This document shows positions 29,367-39,304 of a stretch of 64,000 nucleotides of DNA, piece by piece. A program made the translations under genes and the position numbers. Source of the stretch: an uncultured bacterium (GTDB lineage Bacteria > Oederibacteriota > JAAXVQ01 > JAUVAV01); assembly GCA_963710755.1 (NCBI GenBank), contig CAVQBK010000003.1:1088001-1152000 (forward strand). The letters run 5' to 3'. The notes under the pieces are model-generated. The model worked only from the letters and a program-made list of their open reading frames with translations, did no database searches and was not told where the DNA came from. How positions within the stretch are numbered: the stretch's first letter is position 1; each line of letters begins with the position of its first letter.

Positions 29367-31394
29367 ATGCCTCAACAAGTTCCTTCACCCATAGATGTCG
29401 ATGCCTTCTTCGGTCCCAAGGGGAAATTGGCTTCCATTCTGCCCGGCTATGTGGAAAGACCGGAACAGACAGCCATGGCGGCCACCATCGCCCAGGCTTT
29501 GGCCAAGAAACAGCATTGTCTGGCAGAAGCCGGCACCGGTGTAGGTAAGAGTTTGGCCTACCTTATTCCGGCCGTAGCCTGGGCCCAGACTCATGAGACC
29601 AGGATTCTTGTTTCCACCCACACCAAGGCCTTGCAAATGCAACTCGTTCAGCAGGAATTGCCTCGGATTGCTCGGGACTCTTTTTTTGACCAACCGGTTC
29701 GCTATGAAATGTGTGTAGGCGCTGAAAATTATATCTGTTTACTCAGGTTGATCCGCTTGGCCCATGATCCCAGAGGATTGGGGCTGGACCGGGAAGCGGG
29801 CGCCGGGTTAGCCTATTTACTGGCCTGGAGCCGCGAACAGGTTTCAGGCCTAAAGCAGGATCTCGATCAGGCCGTGCCGGACTGGCTTTGGCACCATGTC
29901 AGTATCATCCGGGAAACGTGTATTCATCGTCATTGTCCTTATTTTGAGGATTGCTTTTTGCAAATCGCCAGAAAAAAACAACGCCAGGCCCAGGTGCTGG
30001 TCTGCAACCACAGCCTGTTCTTTGCCAATGTTATGACTGAGGGGAAATTGCTTCCTGATGTCGGCGCCGTCATCCTAGATGAGGCCCACAAAGTAGAGGA
30101 TGTGGCCACTCAGTTTTTCAGTCAAGAATTAAGCCAGGCGCAACTTACCAGCTTGCTGCAGGAACTTGATAACAAAGGACGTGGCAGCATTCTCCGTCAA
30201 GTTCATGGTTTGCCTGCTCGTTTGCTCGAGGATTGGGATCGCCAGGCCCGGTCTATCCTGACACAACAAGCGGCCTGGTGGCAAAGCCTGAGCAGCGCCT
30301 TGGGTCCGCAAGACGTGCTCAGTTATGATAATCAGGTCATGTTGTCAACCGCCGCGCCGGCGGAAGCAGTGGAGAACCTGGCCCGCAGTATCCATGAGGC
30401 TGATGGGTTGGTGGAAACTGAAGAGGACAATAAAGTCGTCAGTTTGCTGGCTCAGCGGCTTGGTCAGGCGGCCATTATCCTATCCGACTGGGAAAAACGG
30501 CAGACCCCGGACAGGGTTTATTGGGCAGAACGCTATTTTATCCGTCAGACACAGCATTTGAAAATCAACAGCACACCTTTGACCCTGGATAAAAAATTCA
30601 AAATGATGGTGCTCGATTCCTGGCCCAGCGTCAGCTTTGTTTCGGCCACCATGGCCATCAATAAGGATTTTCGCTATTTCAAGTCCAGGTTGGGTATTAC
30701 CCAAGCCCTGGAGATTGTGTTGGAATCACCTTTTCCTTATGAAGCGCATGCAGCCCTTTATTTTCCCCGGGCGATGCCGGAACCGAACCAAGGTGAAGCC
30801 TATGTGGAGAGGTTGCAACAAGAAGTGCTGCAATTAATCCACCTATTCCAGGGCGGTATTTTCGTGCTCTTTACCAACAACCGCCTGATGAAGCAAGTCG
30901 GCCAGGCGATCAGGCCGCAGTTGGGTGACCATCTGCTTTTAATTCAAGGCGAAGCACCGGCCCACCAGTTGCTCCAACAATTTAAAGCTCATCACCACGC
31001 TGTCATGTTGGGTGTGGAAACCTTTTGGCAGGGCGTGGATGTGCCGGGCGAGGCTTTGCGTTGCGTAGTATTAACACGTCTGCCTTTTGATGTGCCCACG
31101 CATCCAGTGATGCAACATCGCGCTGCTTACCTCGAGCGCCAAGGAATAAATCCTTTTGTAGCTTACGCCTTGCCCAGAGCCATGTTGATGATGCGGCAAG
31201 GCTTTGGACGCTTGATCAGGCATCATGAAGACCGTGGCGTGGTGGCCATTCTCGACGCCCGAGTACAAACCCGGTCGTGGGGGAAAAGGTTTATTACCAT
31301 GCTGCCGGCCTGCGCTCATTTAGCCAGCCTGGATCAAGTAGAGGGCTTTGTAAAAAAACATTTTATTCCAGGGGATACATCATCTATAGTCTGA
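29367..31394 (+). CDS. DinG/YoaA family ATP-dependent helicase
   Basis: EAGTGVGKS, FeS cysteines (YIC..., CIHRHCP...C), DEAH, SAT, FWQGVDVPG, QGFGRLIR. Confidence 0.93.
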   Translation: MPQQVPSPIDVDAFFGPKGKLASILPGYVERPEQTAMAATIAQALAKKQHCLAEAGTGVGKSLAYLIPAVAWAQTHETRILVSTHTKALQMQLVQQELPRIARDSFFDQPVRYEMCVGAENYICLLRLIRLAHDPRGLGLDREAGAGLAYLLAWSREQVSGLKQDLDQAVPDWLWHHVSIIRETCIHRHCPYFEDCFLQIARKKQRQAQVLVCNHSLFFANVMTEGKLLPDVGAVILDEAHKVEDVATQFFSQELSQAQLTSLLQELDNKGRGSILRQVHGLPARLLEDWDRQARSILTQQAAWWQSLSSALGPQDVLSYDNQVMLSTAAPAEAVENLARSIHEADGLVETEEDNKVVSLLAQRLGQAAIILSDWEKRQTPDRVYWAERYFIRQTQHLKINSTPLTLDKKFKMMVLDSWPSVSFVSATMAINKDFRYFKSRLGITQALEIVLESPFPYEAHAALYFPRAMPEPNQGEAYVERLQQEVLQLIHLFQGGIFVLFTNNRLMKQVGQAIRPQLGDHLLLIQGEAPAHQLLQQFKAHHHAVMLGVETFWQGVDVPGEALRCVVLTRLPFDVPTHPVMQHRAAYLERQGINPFVAYALPRAMLMMRQGFGRLIRHHEDRGVVAILDARVQTRSWGKRFITMLPACAHLASLDQVEGFVKKHFIPGDTSSIV

Positions 31395-31435
31395 GGTTAA
31401 AGGAATCAGGTGGTGGCAGGTCATAAGGAGGGGTT

Positions 31436-31663
31436 ATGCAAGATCACATCAACAAAATCGCGTTTGGACTCATTATCGGCGGGGCCCTGTTAAGTCTGGG
31501 TCGGGATTTTTGGACCCCGGTGGTGGTCAAGCTTTATACCAAAATCAGTGGTCGCAGCGAAGACAGTCGCTTGCGGCCGGTGTTGACCTTGTATTTAATG
31601 TTGACCGGAATGATTCTTACGGTAGTGGGACTTCTGGGGTTATTTAATATTCTGAAATTTTAA
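31436..31663 (+). CDS. Small two-TM membrane protein
   Basis: Strong RBS (aaggaggg); two hydrophobic segments. Confidence 0.65.
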   Translation: MQDHINKIAFGLIIGGALLSLGRDFWTPVVVKLYTKISGRSEDSRLRPVLTLYLMLTGMILTVVGLLGLFNILKF

Positions 31664-31686
31664 AAGTTAAGCTAACGCTGCCGACG

Positions 31687-32145
31687 TCAGCTTTTAGGGC
31701 GGGCCAATTGCATAACTTCGTCTTCAATGTTGAGCAGATTGGCTACATTGTTGGAAAGCTCTTCCAGCTCAAAGGGTTTGGTCATATACAAATCGGCTTG
31801 CAAAATATACAATCCTTTAACCTTGGCCATGAACTGGGTTTTGGCTGAAAGGATAATAACACGGATATTCTTGGTGTTCATGTTGCCTTTTACACTATGA
31901 CAAACCACCCAGCCGTCAACTTTGGGCATCATAATATCGAGGATCATCAAGTCCGGCTTGCAGTCGGCCACCTTTTCCAAGGCCTCCAAACCATCAAAAG
32001 CCGTAAACAATTGATACCCCTCAGATTTGAGCTGATACTGAATCAGTTTAACCACCGCTTGCTCATCATCGACCACGAGGATTTTTTTTGCGGATTTGGC
32101 CTCTTTAATGAGGAGATTACGGGATTGGGAATCATCTAAGGTCAT
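31687..32145 (-). CDS. Stand-alone response regulator receiver protein
   Basis: ILVVDDE, PDLMILDIMMP, ILSA, TKPF. Confidence 0.9.
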   Translation of the reverse strand: MTLDDSQSRNLLIKEAKSAKKILVVDDEQAVVKLIQYQLKSEGYQLFTAFDGLEALEKVADCKPDLMILDIMMPKVDGWVVCHSVKGNMNTKNIRVIILSAKTQFMAKVKGLYILQADLYMTKPFELEELSNNVANLLNIEDEVMQLARPKS

Positions 32146-32303
32146 AACCGCCTGCCTCCGGACTGCACAATATATATGCAGCTTCTGAATTTTCGCTTTT
32201 TACATAGTGAAAGTTTCGGAAGCTTTGGTTTAAACTTAAATTGGCCTGTACCCGGCTCAACCCAAAAAATCCCTGACTCAGGGTATAACAAATGGGACGA
32301 GGA

Positions 32304-32492
32304 TTATGGGGTAACGTCAGCATTGACGTCAAGCTCCCAGGTGGCATCGATGGTCATGTTGCTTGTGTCCATTTGATCCAAACTGGGATCGGTGGGTGAC
32401 CAACGTTGTTGGCTGCATCCCATGAGAATAGTGCCCAACGTGAAAATCAACAATAATGCAAACCATAATTTTCCAATCATTTTCCAGTCCAT
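32304..32492 (-). CDS. Small putative lipoprotein
   Basis: AAGGAGG RBS; signal peptide ending ILMGC. Confidence 0.6.
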   Translation of the reverse strand: MDWKMIGKLWFALLLIFTLGTILMGCSQQRWSPTDPSLDQMDTSNMTIDATWELDVNADVTP

Positions 32493-32671
32493 GTGGAACC
32501 TCCTTGGGGGGGTGAGGTTAATATAAATTAGTACAAGCTGATCTTTGTCCGGTTTTGACTTATGGCCTGCTGATCCAGTAGGGCGGATTAGCGCATCCTG
32601 CTTTAAGAAAACTTAGTCTTATAGATTAATGCATTCTCAGAATTCCCCGGGGCTTGCCGCAGGGTAATTTA

Positions 32672-32755
32672 ATTTTGAGAGCACATACCTGATCCGTGGA
32701 GCTACGCGCCGGGGGGGATGGACTGAGCTCGGGAAAAGGTATGTGCTCACAAAAT
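32672..32755 (-). other. Long stem-loop in the leader downstream of a sigma54 promoter
   Basis: 19-bp inverted repeat (18/19 match) at 32672-32690 / 32737-32755 enclosing a GC-rich 46-nt interior. Confidence 0.6.
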
Positions 32756-32799
32756 GAAATATCTGGTGTGGACAAGGCGTCGCTACGCTAGTACCTAAT

Positions 32800-32816
32800 A
32801 GCATATGCCGTACCAA
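32800..32816 (-). promoter_or_regulatory. sigma54 (-24/-12) promoter candidate
   Basis: Minus strand TTGGTACGGCATATGCT = GG-N10-GC. Confidence 0.55.
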
Positions 32817-33382
32817 TTATTGGCCGGCCGGCCGGTGAAATTTAAGGGCTGAAATAAAAAGGATTCCTGTAAAAATTAAAGCTTCCCCAAAAGCTGTCCT
32901 CAAACGTGAGTATGCAATTCCCTAAAATGGATCCTGAGATAACCATAGTGGGCCTCTGGCAGCCAATAGCATAATTTCCTTAATAAAGGCCTATATATGG
33001 AATGGATTCTATAGACCTGTGAAAAACCCATATTCTTTTATCCTTGACAACCAGGGGCATTATGGTGAAGATTAATTTTTAAAATTGGATTTTACTAAAA
33101 TACCCTACAATGAATGGCAGGGTATTTTTGAGACGAAAGGAAGAAGATCATTCTATTTTTTGGCCCCCGTCCCTGCATATAGAGACTGTGCCCAAACGTT
33201 ATTTTTTGATGGTCATCCCGTTGTGCTCTTCGACGGAATCCAGAAAAGTCTTTAAAATCAAGGCCTCTGGATACCGACTTTCACCGGTATGACAGAAAAA
33301 GCCGGTTGTGACCCAGTCTCTAAATGCGGGGCTGAAGGGGGCGTATAAACTTATTATGGAAATAAAATCAAGGGGGACGCTC

Positions 33383-34015
33383 GTGCAAAAGAAAATCGCG
33401 GTGCTGGCATCAGGCGGAGGGAGCAACCTGCAAGCCCTCATCGATGCCTGGCGGGCCGGTCAATTGGAGCATGCACAAATCCTCACCGTGATCAGCGATA
33501 GGCAAGAAGCCAAAGCCTTGGAAAGAGCCAAAAACAGTGAGATTGATGCGCGTTTTCTCGATCCCAAAATCTATAAAAACAGGGAAGCCTTTGATCAGGC
33601 TCTGGTAAAAATTTTGATGTCCTCCCAAATTGACTTGGTTTGTTTAGCCGGCTACATGCGCATCTTATCGGCCAACGTGGTCCGGCATTTTCCCAATAAA
33701 ATCATGAACATTCATCCTTCCTTGCTGCCCTCTTTTGGAGGCGAAGGCATGTACGGTCATTTTGTTCATGAAGCGGTCTTACGATCAGGCGTCAAATATT
33801 CAGGTTGTACGGTGCACTTTGTGGATGAAGGCACGGATACAGGCCCGATCATCTTGCAAGCCGTGGTGCCGGTGCTGGATCATGATACCCCGGAGAGCCT
33901 GGCCGAGCGGGTGCTCATTGAAGAGCATCGGTTATTCCCGAGGGCCGTGGCCTTATATTGTGAAGGCCGACTGCAACTCAAAGGGCAAAGGGTATTCATC
34001 AGCGAACGCGCCTAA
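33383..34015 (+). CDS. purN: Phosphoribosylglycinamide formyltransferase
   Basis: SGGGSNLQA, LAGYMRIL, NIHPSLLP, GCTVHFVDEGTDTG; GTG start. Confidence 0.97.
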   Translation: MQKKIAVLASGGGSNLQALIDAWRAGQLEHAQILTVISDRQEAKALERAKNSEIDARFLDPKIYKNREAFDQALVKILMSSQIDLVCLAGYMRILSANVVRHFPNKIMNIHPSLLPSFGGEGMYGHFVHEAVLRSGVKYSGCTVHFVDEGTDTGPIILQAVVPVLDHDTPESLAERVLIEEHRLFPRAVALYCEGRLQLKGQRVFISERA

Positions 34016-34176
34016 TCTGCATTGAAGCTGCTTGGCATTAATAACAGGTCGGGCTATAAAGGGACTAGGTCTGAGCCAGCCAAAAGTAAACGCCACCCAC
34101 TGTTAGGAATCATTAAGCAACATGGGATCATTTCAGCGGCACCCACCGCGGTATTCTTAAGAAAGGACTGTCTATT

Positions 34177-35754
34177 ATGGTTAAAATTAAACGAGCTTTG
34201 ATCAGTGTGAGCGATAAAACGGGAATTGTGGAACTGGCCCAAAGCCTGGTAGCTCAGGGCGTGGAGATTTTATCCACCGGAGGAACAGCCAAAGCCTTGA
34301 AGGACGCAGGCCTGGCCGTTAAAGATGTTTCGGAGGTCACCGGTTTTCCGGAAATGATGGATGGCCGGGTTAAGACCCTGCACCCGAAGATTCATGGTGG
34401 CCTCCTGGCCTTGCGCGATAATCCTGACCATATGCATCAGCTTGAAACCCAAGGCATCACCCCAATTGACATGGTGGTGGTCAACCTCTATCCCTTTGCC
34501 AAGACTGTGGCCAAACCGGGAGTGGCCTTGGAGGAAGCCATTGAAAATATCGATATTGGCGGACCTTCCATGATCCGGTCAGCGGCTAAGAATTTTAAAA
34601 GCGTGGCAGTGGTCGTCAATCCGCAACGATATGCTGCGTTGCGGGAGGAATTGGAACAAGGTCAAGGGCAGTTGGGTGATGAGACCCTCGCGGCCTTGGC
34701 GGTGGAGGCTTTTGACCACACGGCCGGCTATGATACCGCCATCCATCGCTATCTGCAGGCTCATCTCCTGCAGGAAAAGGATCCCATGTTCCCTGAGACC
34801 ATACGCATGACCTTTATGAAGCAGCAACCGTTGCGTTATGGTGAAAATCCCCATCAACAAGCTTGTTACTACCGGCAGGACGAAGGCTCTTCGGAAATTT
34901 CCGTTACCAATGCCAAACAGTTGCACGGCAAAGAGCTGTCGTTCAATAACATTGTGGACATTAATGCCGCCTTGGAAATTGTCAAAGAATTCACGGAACC
35001 GGCCGCTTGTGTCATTAAACATACCAACCCCTGCGGGGCCGCCATGGCGGCTACGATTACCGATGCCTATAACAAGGCATTTGACGCGGATCCTGTCAGC
35101 GCCTTTGGAGGTATTGTTGGATTAAACCGCTCCTGTACCCTGGGTATTGCCGAAAAAATGAAAGATGTATTTTTGGAATGCGTGATTGCCCCTGCCTTTG
35201 ATGACGAGGCTTTGGCGCTGTTGCAGGCCAAGAAGAATATCCGCTTGCTGGTTACCGGTTCCTGGGCTCAAGCAGGCACGCCCGACCGCAGCTGGAAGGG
35301 CATGGATTTCAAACGGGTGGTAAATGGGTTGCTTCTGCAGGAACGTGACTTGGGCGGGGTTACATCCGAGCAGTTGAAGGTGGTGACCAAACACCAGCCC
35401 ACGGCGGAGGATGTGGAGGAATTGCTTTTTGCCTGGCGGGTTTGTAAACATGTTAAATCCAACGCCATTTTGCTTTCCAAAAATAAAGTGACTTTGGGTG
35501 TGGGGCCAGGGCAAACCAACCGGGTAGGAGCAGCGGAAATTGCTCTCCAAAGTGCCGGCCAAGAAGCTCGCGGGGCGGTGGTGGCCTCAGATGCCTTTTT
35601 CCCGTTTCGGGACAGCATCGATGTCCTGGCCAAAGCCGGCATCAAGGCTGTGATTCAGCCGGGCGGCTCGGTTCGCGATGAAGAAGTCATTGCGGCCGCC
35701 GATGAACATGGGTTGGTCATGGTATTTACAGGCATGCGTCACTTTAAGCACTAG
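34177..35754 (+). CDS. purH: AICAR transformylase/IMP cyclohydrolase
   Basis: RALISVSDK, GRVKTLHP, LRYGENPHQ, KHTNPCG, MRHFKH. Confidence 0.98.
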   Translation: MVKIKRALISVSDKTGIVELAQSLVAQGVEILSTGGTAKALKDAGLAVKDVSEVTGFPEMMDGRVKTLHPKIHGGLLALRDNPDHMHQLETQGITPIDMVVVNLYPFAKTVAKPGVALEEAIENIDIGGPSMIRSAAKNFKSVAVVVNPQRYAALREELEQGQGQLGDETLAALAVEAFDHTAGYDTAIHRYLQAHLLQEKDPMFPETIRMTFMKQQPLRYGENPHQQACYYRQDEGSSEISVTNAKQLHGKELSFNNIVDINAALEIVKEFTEPAACVIKHTNPCGAAMAATITDAYNKAFDADPVSAFGGIVGLNRSCTLGIAEKMKDVFLECVIAPAFDDEALALLQAKKNIRLLVTGSWAQAGTPDRSWKGMDFKRVVNGLLLQERDLGGVTSEQLKVVTKHQPTAEDVEELLFAWRVCKHVKSNAILLSKNKVTLGVGPGQTNRVGAAEIALQSAGQEARGAVVASDAFFPFRDSIDVLAKAGIKAVIQPGGSVRDEEVIAAADEHGLVMVFTGMRHFKH

Positions 35755-35792
35755 GCCTGGAAACGCTTTTAAGAAATTGACAAAGGAGCAGG

Positions 35793-36143
35793 ATGAGACC
35801 AGAAGAACGGCGTTATGAATACCGCATCCCAGCGGAAATTATCATTGATCAATTGGATCATTGTGATCTCAAGCCAGGTAAGTTTCAAGCCAGCATCAGA
35901 GAATTATCCGCTTCGGGTTGCCGTTTGCAATCTTCTTTGGAACTTAAAATCGGGCAGGAATTCGATATAAGCTTCAATTTGGAAGGCGGCCTTAGAATAG
36001 AATGTGCCCGGGTCAGGGTTGTTCGCCGGTTATCCCACCGCACCCATAAAGTGGTGGCCATGGAGTTTATGGATCTTCCCGAAGAAGATCAATACCGGAT
36101 CAGGGAGTTTATCATTTGGAAAGAAGCGCAGGAGGCAGAGTAA
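35793..36143 (+). CDS. PilZ domain protein
   Basis: RYEYR (RxxxR) and ELSASG motifs, ARVRVVR, MEF; stop overlaps the purD start (TAATG). Confidence 0.8.
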   Translation: MRPEERRYEYRIPAEIIIDQLDHCDLKPGKFQASIRELSASGCRLQSSLELKIGQEFDISFNLEGGLRIECARVRVVRRLSHRTHKVVAMEFMDLPEEDQYRIREFIIWKEAQEAE

Positions 36144-37420
36144 TGAAAGTACTGATCATTGGCAGCGGTGGCCGTGAATATGGTATGGCCTGGGCGGCCA
36201 AGAATTCCCCCTTGGTGGAGGAAGTGCTGATGGCGCCTGGCAATGCCGGCATGACCAAATTTGGGCGCTGTTTCCCCATCGGCGCTGACGATGACCAAGG
36301 GCTAATGGCTCTGGCTCAAAAAGAAGGCGTGCAACTGGTGCTGGTAGGGCCTGAAGGACCTTTGGTGGCGGGTCTGGTGGATAAACTGCAGGCGGCCGGT
36401 ATTGCTGTGTTCGGTCCTGTGCAAATGGCCGCTCAGCTGGAAGGCAGTAAAGCCTATGCCAAGGCCTTTATGCAAAAATATAATATTCCCACAGCGGCGT
36501 ACGAGGTATTCACGGAGACCGAGGCAGCTTTGCAGGCCCTGGATCGCTTCGGGCTGCCAGTAGTGATTAAGGCTGACGGCCTGGCCGCAGGTAAAGGCGT
36601 TTTCGTGGCCATGACCAGGGAGGAGGCGGTAGGCGCGATCACCTCCATATTGGTGGACAAAAGCTTTGGTGACGCCGGTCAACGGGTTGTGGTAGAAGCC
36701 TATATGGAAGGGGAAGAAGCCAGCATTCTAGCCTTCAGCGACGGCAAGGTGGTGGTACCGCTTATCGCTTCCCAAGATCATAAACGCATTGGTAATGGAG
36801 ACCAGGGACCCAATACCGGTGGTATGGGGGCCTACAGTCCTGCTCCGGTCATTACGGCCCAATTAATGGATGAAATAAAAACCACCATCCTTAACCCTGT
36901 GATCACAGGCATGCAGCAGGAAGGCCACCCTTATCAGGGCATCCTTTACGCTGGTTTGATGATGACCGCTGCTGGTCCCAAGGTGGTCGAATTTAATTGC
37001 CGGTTTGGTGATCCTGAAACCCAAGTCATTCTGCCGCTGTTGACTTGCGATTTAATTGAAATCGCCCTTGCCTGCACCCAAGGACGCCTGCAGCCTGAAA
37101 TGGTCACCTGGAAAGACGAGGCTGCCGTGACCGTGGTGTTGGCTTCGCCCGGTTATCCCGGCCCTTATCCCAAAGGATTGGAAATCACGGGCGTAGAACA
37201 AGCCGAAGCTTTGGACAAAGTGATGGTCTGGCATGCGGGCACAGCATTTGAGAACGGCCATTTAGTCACTAATGGCGGCCGGGTATTAAATGTAATAGCT
37301 ACGGGTGAGGACATTAAGACTGCGGTGGCACGGGTCTATCAGGCCTGTGTCCGGATCCGGTTTGACGGCATGCAGTATCGCACGGACATTGGCCATCGAG
37401 CGTTGGCCAGACTGAGATAA
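36143..37420 (+). CDS. purD: Phosphoribosylamine--glycine ligase
   Basis: GSGGRE, APGNAG, KADGLAAGKGV, NTGGMGAY, EFNCRFGDPE. Confidence 0.98.
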   Translation: MKVLIIGSGGREYGMAWAAKNSPLVEEVLMAPGNAGMTKFGRCFPIGADDDQGLMALAQKEGVQLVLVGPEGPLVAGLVDKLQAAGIAVFGPVQMAAQLEGSKAYAKAFMQKYNIPTAAYEVFTETEAALQALDRFGLPVVIKADGLAAGKGVFVAMTREEAVGAITSILVDKSFGDAGQRVVVEAYMEGEEASILAFSDGKVVVPLIASQDHKRIGNGDQGPNTGGMGAYSPAPVITAQLMDEIKTTILNPVITGMQQEGHPYQGILYAGLMMTAAGPKVVEFNCRFGDPETQVILPLLTCDLIEIALACTQGRLQPEMVTWKDEAAVTVVLASPGYPGPYPKGLEITGVEQAEALDKVMVWHAGTAFENGHLVTNGGRVLNVIATGEDIKTAVARVYQACVRIRFDGMQYRTDIGHRALARLR

Positions 37421-37430
37421 GGAGCGCGTC

Positions 37431-37967
37431 ATGAACATGAACAGCAAACCGGTATTGGTGGCCATGGTGGTGGGTAGTGATACTGATTTACCGCTCATTC
37501 AAACCAGCACGCAAACGCTGGAACGTTTGGGCGTTACCTATGAAATCACCATTGCTTCACCCCATCGCAGTCCGGAGCGGGTCCGGCATTGGATTCAAAC
37601 CATGGAAACCAAAGGCGTGGAGGTTTATATTGCCGGTGCCGGCGGTGCGGCGCATTTGCCGGGGATGGTGGCTGCTGAAACCGTCAAACCGGTGATTGGT
37701 CTGCCCATGCCCACTTTGTATCTGGGTGGGCAGGATTCGCTGCTTTCGATGGTGCAAATGCCCGCAGGAGTTCCCGTGGCTACCATGGCCGTGGGTAAAG
37801 CGGGAGCCACCAATGCGGCTGTGTTGGCTGCGCAAATTATCGCGCTCAACCATCCTGAAGTAGAGGAACAGTTAATCCGCTTTAAAGAGGAGCTGAGAAT
37901 GAATTTGGAAAAAAAGGCCGAGCAATTGTCAACCCTCGGTATGGATCAATATATTGAGACCATGTAA
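37431..37967 (+). CDS. purE: AIR carboxylase/N5-CAIR mutase family
   Basis: GSDTD, SPHRSP, AGAGGAAHLPG, SMVQMPAGVPVAT. Confidence 0.93.
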   Translation: MNMNSKPVLVAMVVGSDTDLPLIQTSTQTLERLGVTYEITIASPHRSPERVRHWIQTMETKGVEVYIAGAGGAAHLPGMVAAETVKPVIGLPMPTLYLGGQDSLLSMVQMPAGVPVATMAVGKAGATNAAVLAAQIIALNHPEVEEQLIRFKEELRMNLEKKAEQLSTLGMDQYIETM

Positions 37968-37975
37968 GAGGTGCC

Positions 37976-39241
37976 ATGGGGGCAACTAAGCCAAGAGGAC
38001 AACTGGCCGTCAAAGCCATTGTTTTTGACATGGACGGTACCCTTTATCACCAACCCGCCTTGGAACGGCGTTACCGCGAATCTATTATTCAAACGATCGC
38101 AACGGTAAAAAAGGTGCCCTTTGTCCAAGCCAGGTCTCTCTTTGAGGAACTCTACCAACAAACCAGGCGCCGTCTAAAAAGAGAGCCGTCCAAATTAAGC
38201 CTATTGCAATCCATGGGCATCAGTCATCGCCTCTGGGCCAAAACAGCCGGCCGTCAAGTGGCACCGGAGAGGTGGTTGAAAACGGACCGTAAACTAAAGA
38301 CTGTTTTAGGTCGTCTGCAGCAAGAATTTAAATTGGCGGTGGTCACCAATAATCATGACCATAATACCAAGGTTACCTTAAAGCGATTGGAAATTTTGGA
38401 TTTTTTCGACGCTGTCCAAACGTTGTCAGCCACGGAGTTGCTCAAACCTTCAGCCCGGCGATACCGCATGATCTGCAAAACCCTGGGCGTGCATCCCCGG
38501 GAAGCCTTGTCCGTGGGTGATCGTTTTGATTTGGATTTGGCGCCAGCGGCCAGTATTGGCATGTCCACCCTATTGGTAACGGGTATGCAGGATATTTATC
38601 ATCTTCCGGAAGTTATAACTTCCATTCCGGCGACGCCCTTAAGCCTTGTTCGAGAAATGCCGGGAAAGATATTTACTAAAGCTATGCGCGCCCTAGTAAA
38701 AGAACATCTGGTCATCCTCCCCACAGATACGGTCTACGGCATCGCAGCTTATCCTTCGCCTGCAGCCATCGCCGCCCTTTATCGTGCCAAGGGAAGGGAG
38801 GAGCACAACCCCCTGGTGCTGCTGATCAGTGATGCGCAGCAGGCGGAACGGTTTGCTGTGCTCTCGGTCAAAACCAAAGCCTTGATGGACGCCTACTGGC
38901 CGGGCGCTTTGACCCTGGTACTGCCGGTACGTCCCGGGACCCCCTGGGGACGATTAACCAGAGGTGGCCGCTGGATTGGCCTGCGTTGTCCGGCGCATCC
39001 TGAAACGCGCCAGTTGATCAAGCGTTGCGGCGGCGTCCTGGCCACCAGTTCGGCCAACCGCAGCGGCCAAGCAGCTGCCACCAGCTTTGCCGCTCTGGAC
39101 CGTAAATTGCTGGCGTTTGTGGACTATGCCATCGATGGGGGACCTTCTCAAATGGGTGTCAGTTCTACGATCGTCAAAGTTTCAGGACAAAAGGTTATGA
39201 TCCTGCGTCAAGGTGCACTGGTGATTTCGCGCAAATCTTAG
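37976..39241 (+). CDS. HAD-family hydrolase fused to TsaC/Sua5 threonylcarbamoyl-AMP synthase domain
   Basis: FDMDGTL, VVTNN, KP, VGDRFDLD (HAD motifs I-IV), then PTDTVYGI, KGR, WPGALT, SSANRSG (YrdC). Confidence 0.85.
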   Translation: MGATKPRGQLAVKAIVFDMDGTLYHQPALERRYRESIIQTIATVKKVPFVQARSLFEELYQQTRRRLKREPSKLSLLQSMGISHRLWAKTAGRQVAPERWLKTDRKLKTVLGRLQQEFKLAVVTNNHDHNTKVTLKRLEILDFFDAVQTLSATELLKPSARRYRMICKTLGVHPREALSVGDRFDLDLAPAASIGMSTLLVTGMQDIYHLPEVITSIPATPLSLVREMPGKIFTKAMRALVKEHLVILPTDTVYGIAAYPSPAAIAALYRAKGREEHNPLVLLISDAQQAERFAVLSVKTKALMDAYWPGALTLVLPVRPGTPWGRLTRGGRWIGLRCPAHPETRQLIKRCGGVLATSSANRSGQAAATSFAALDRKLLAFVDYAIDGGPSQMGVSSTIVKVSGQKVMILRQGALVISRKS

Positions 39242-39304
39242 GTGAAAAAACAGCCGGTTATAGACATGCTCAAAATAGAAAAAAAGTAATCCCGATGAGG
39301 ACTC

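Noticed and set aside
34016-34176. ZMP/ZTP riboswitch before purH
   Set aside because: The conserved GACTGGCG...GCCTGGGC elements were not found
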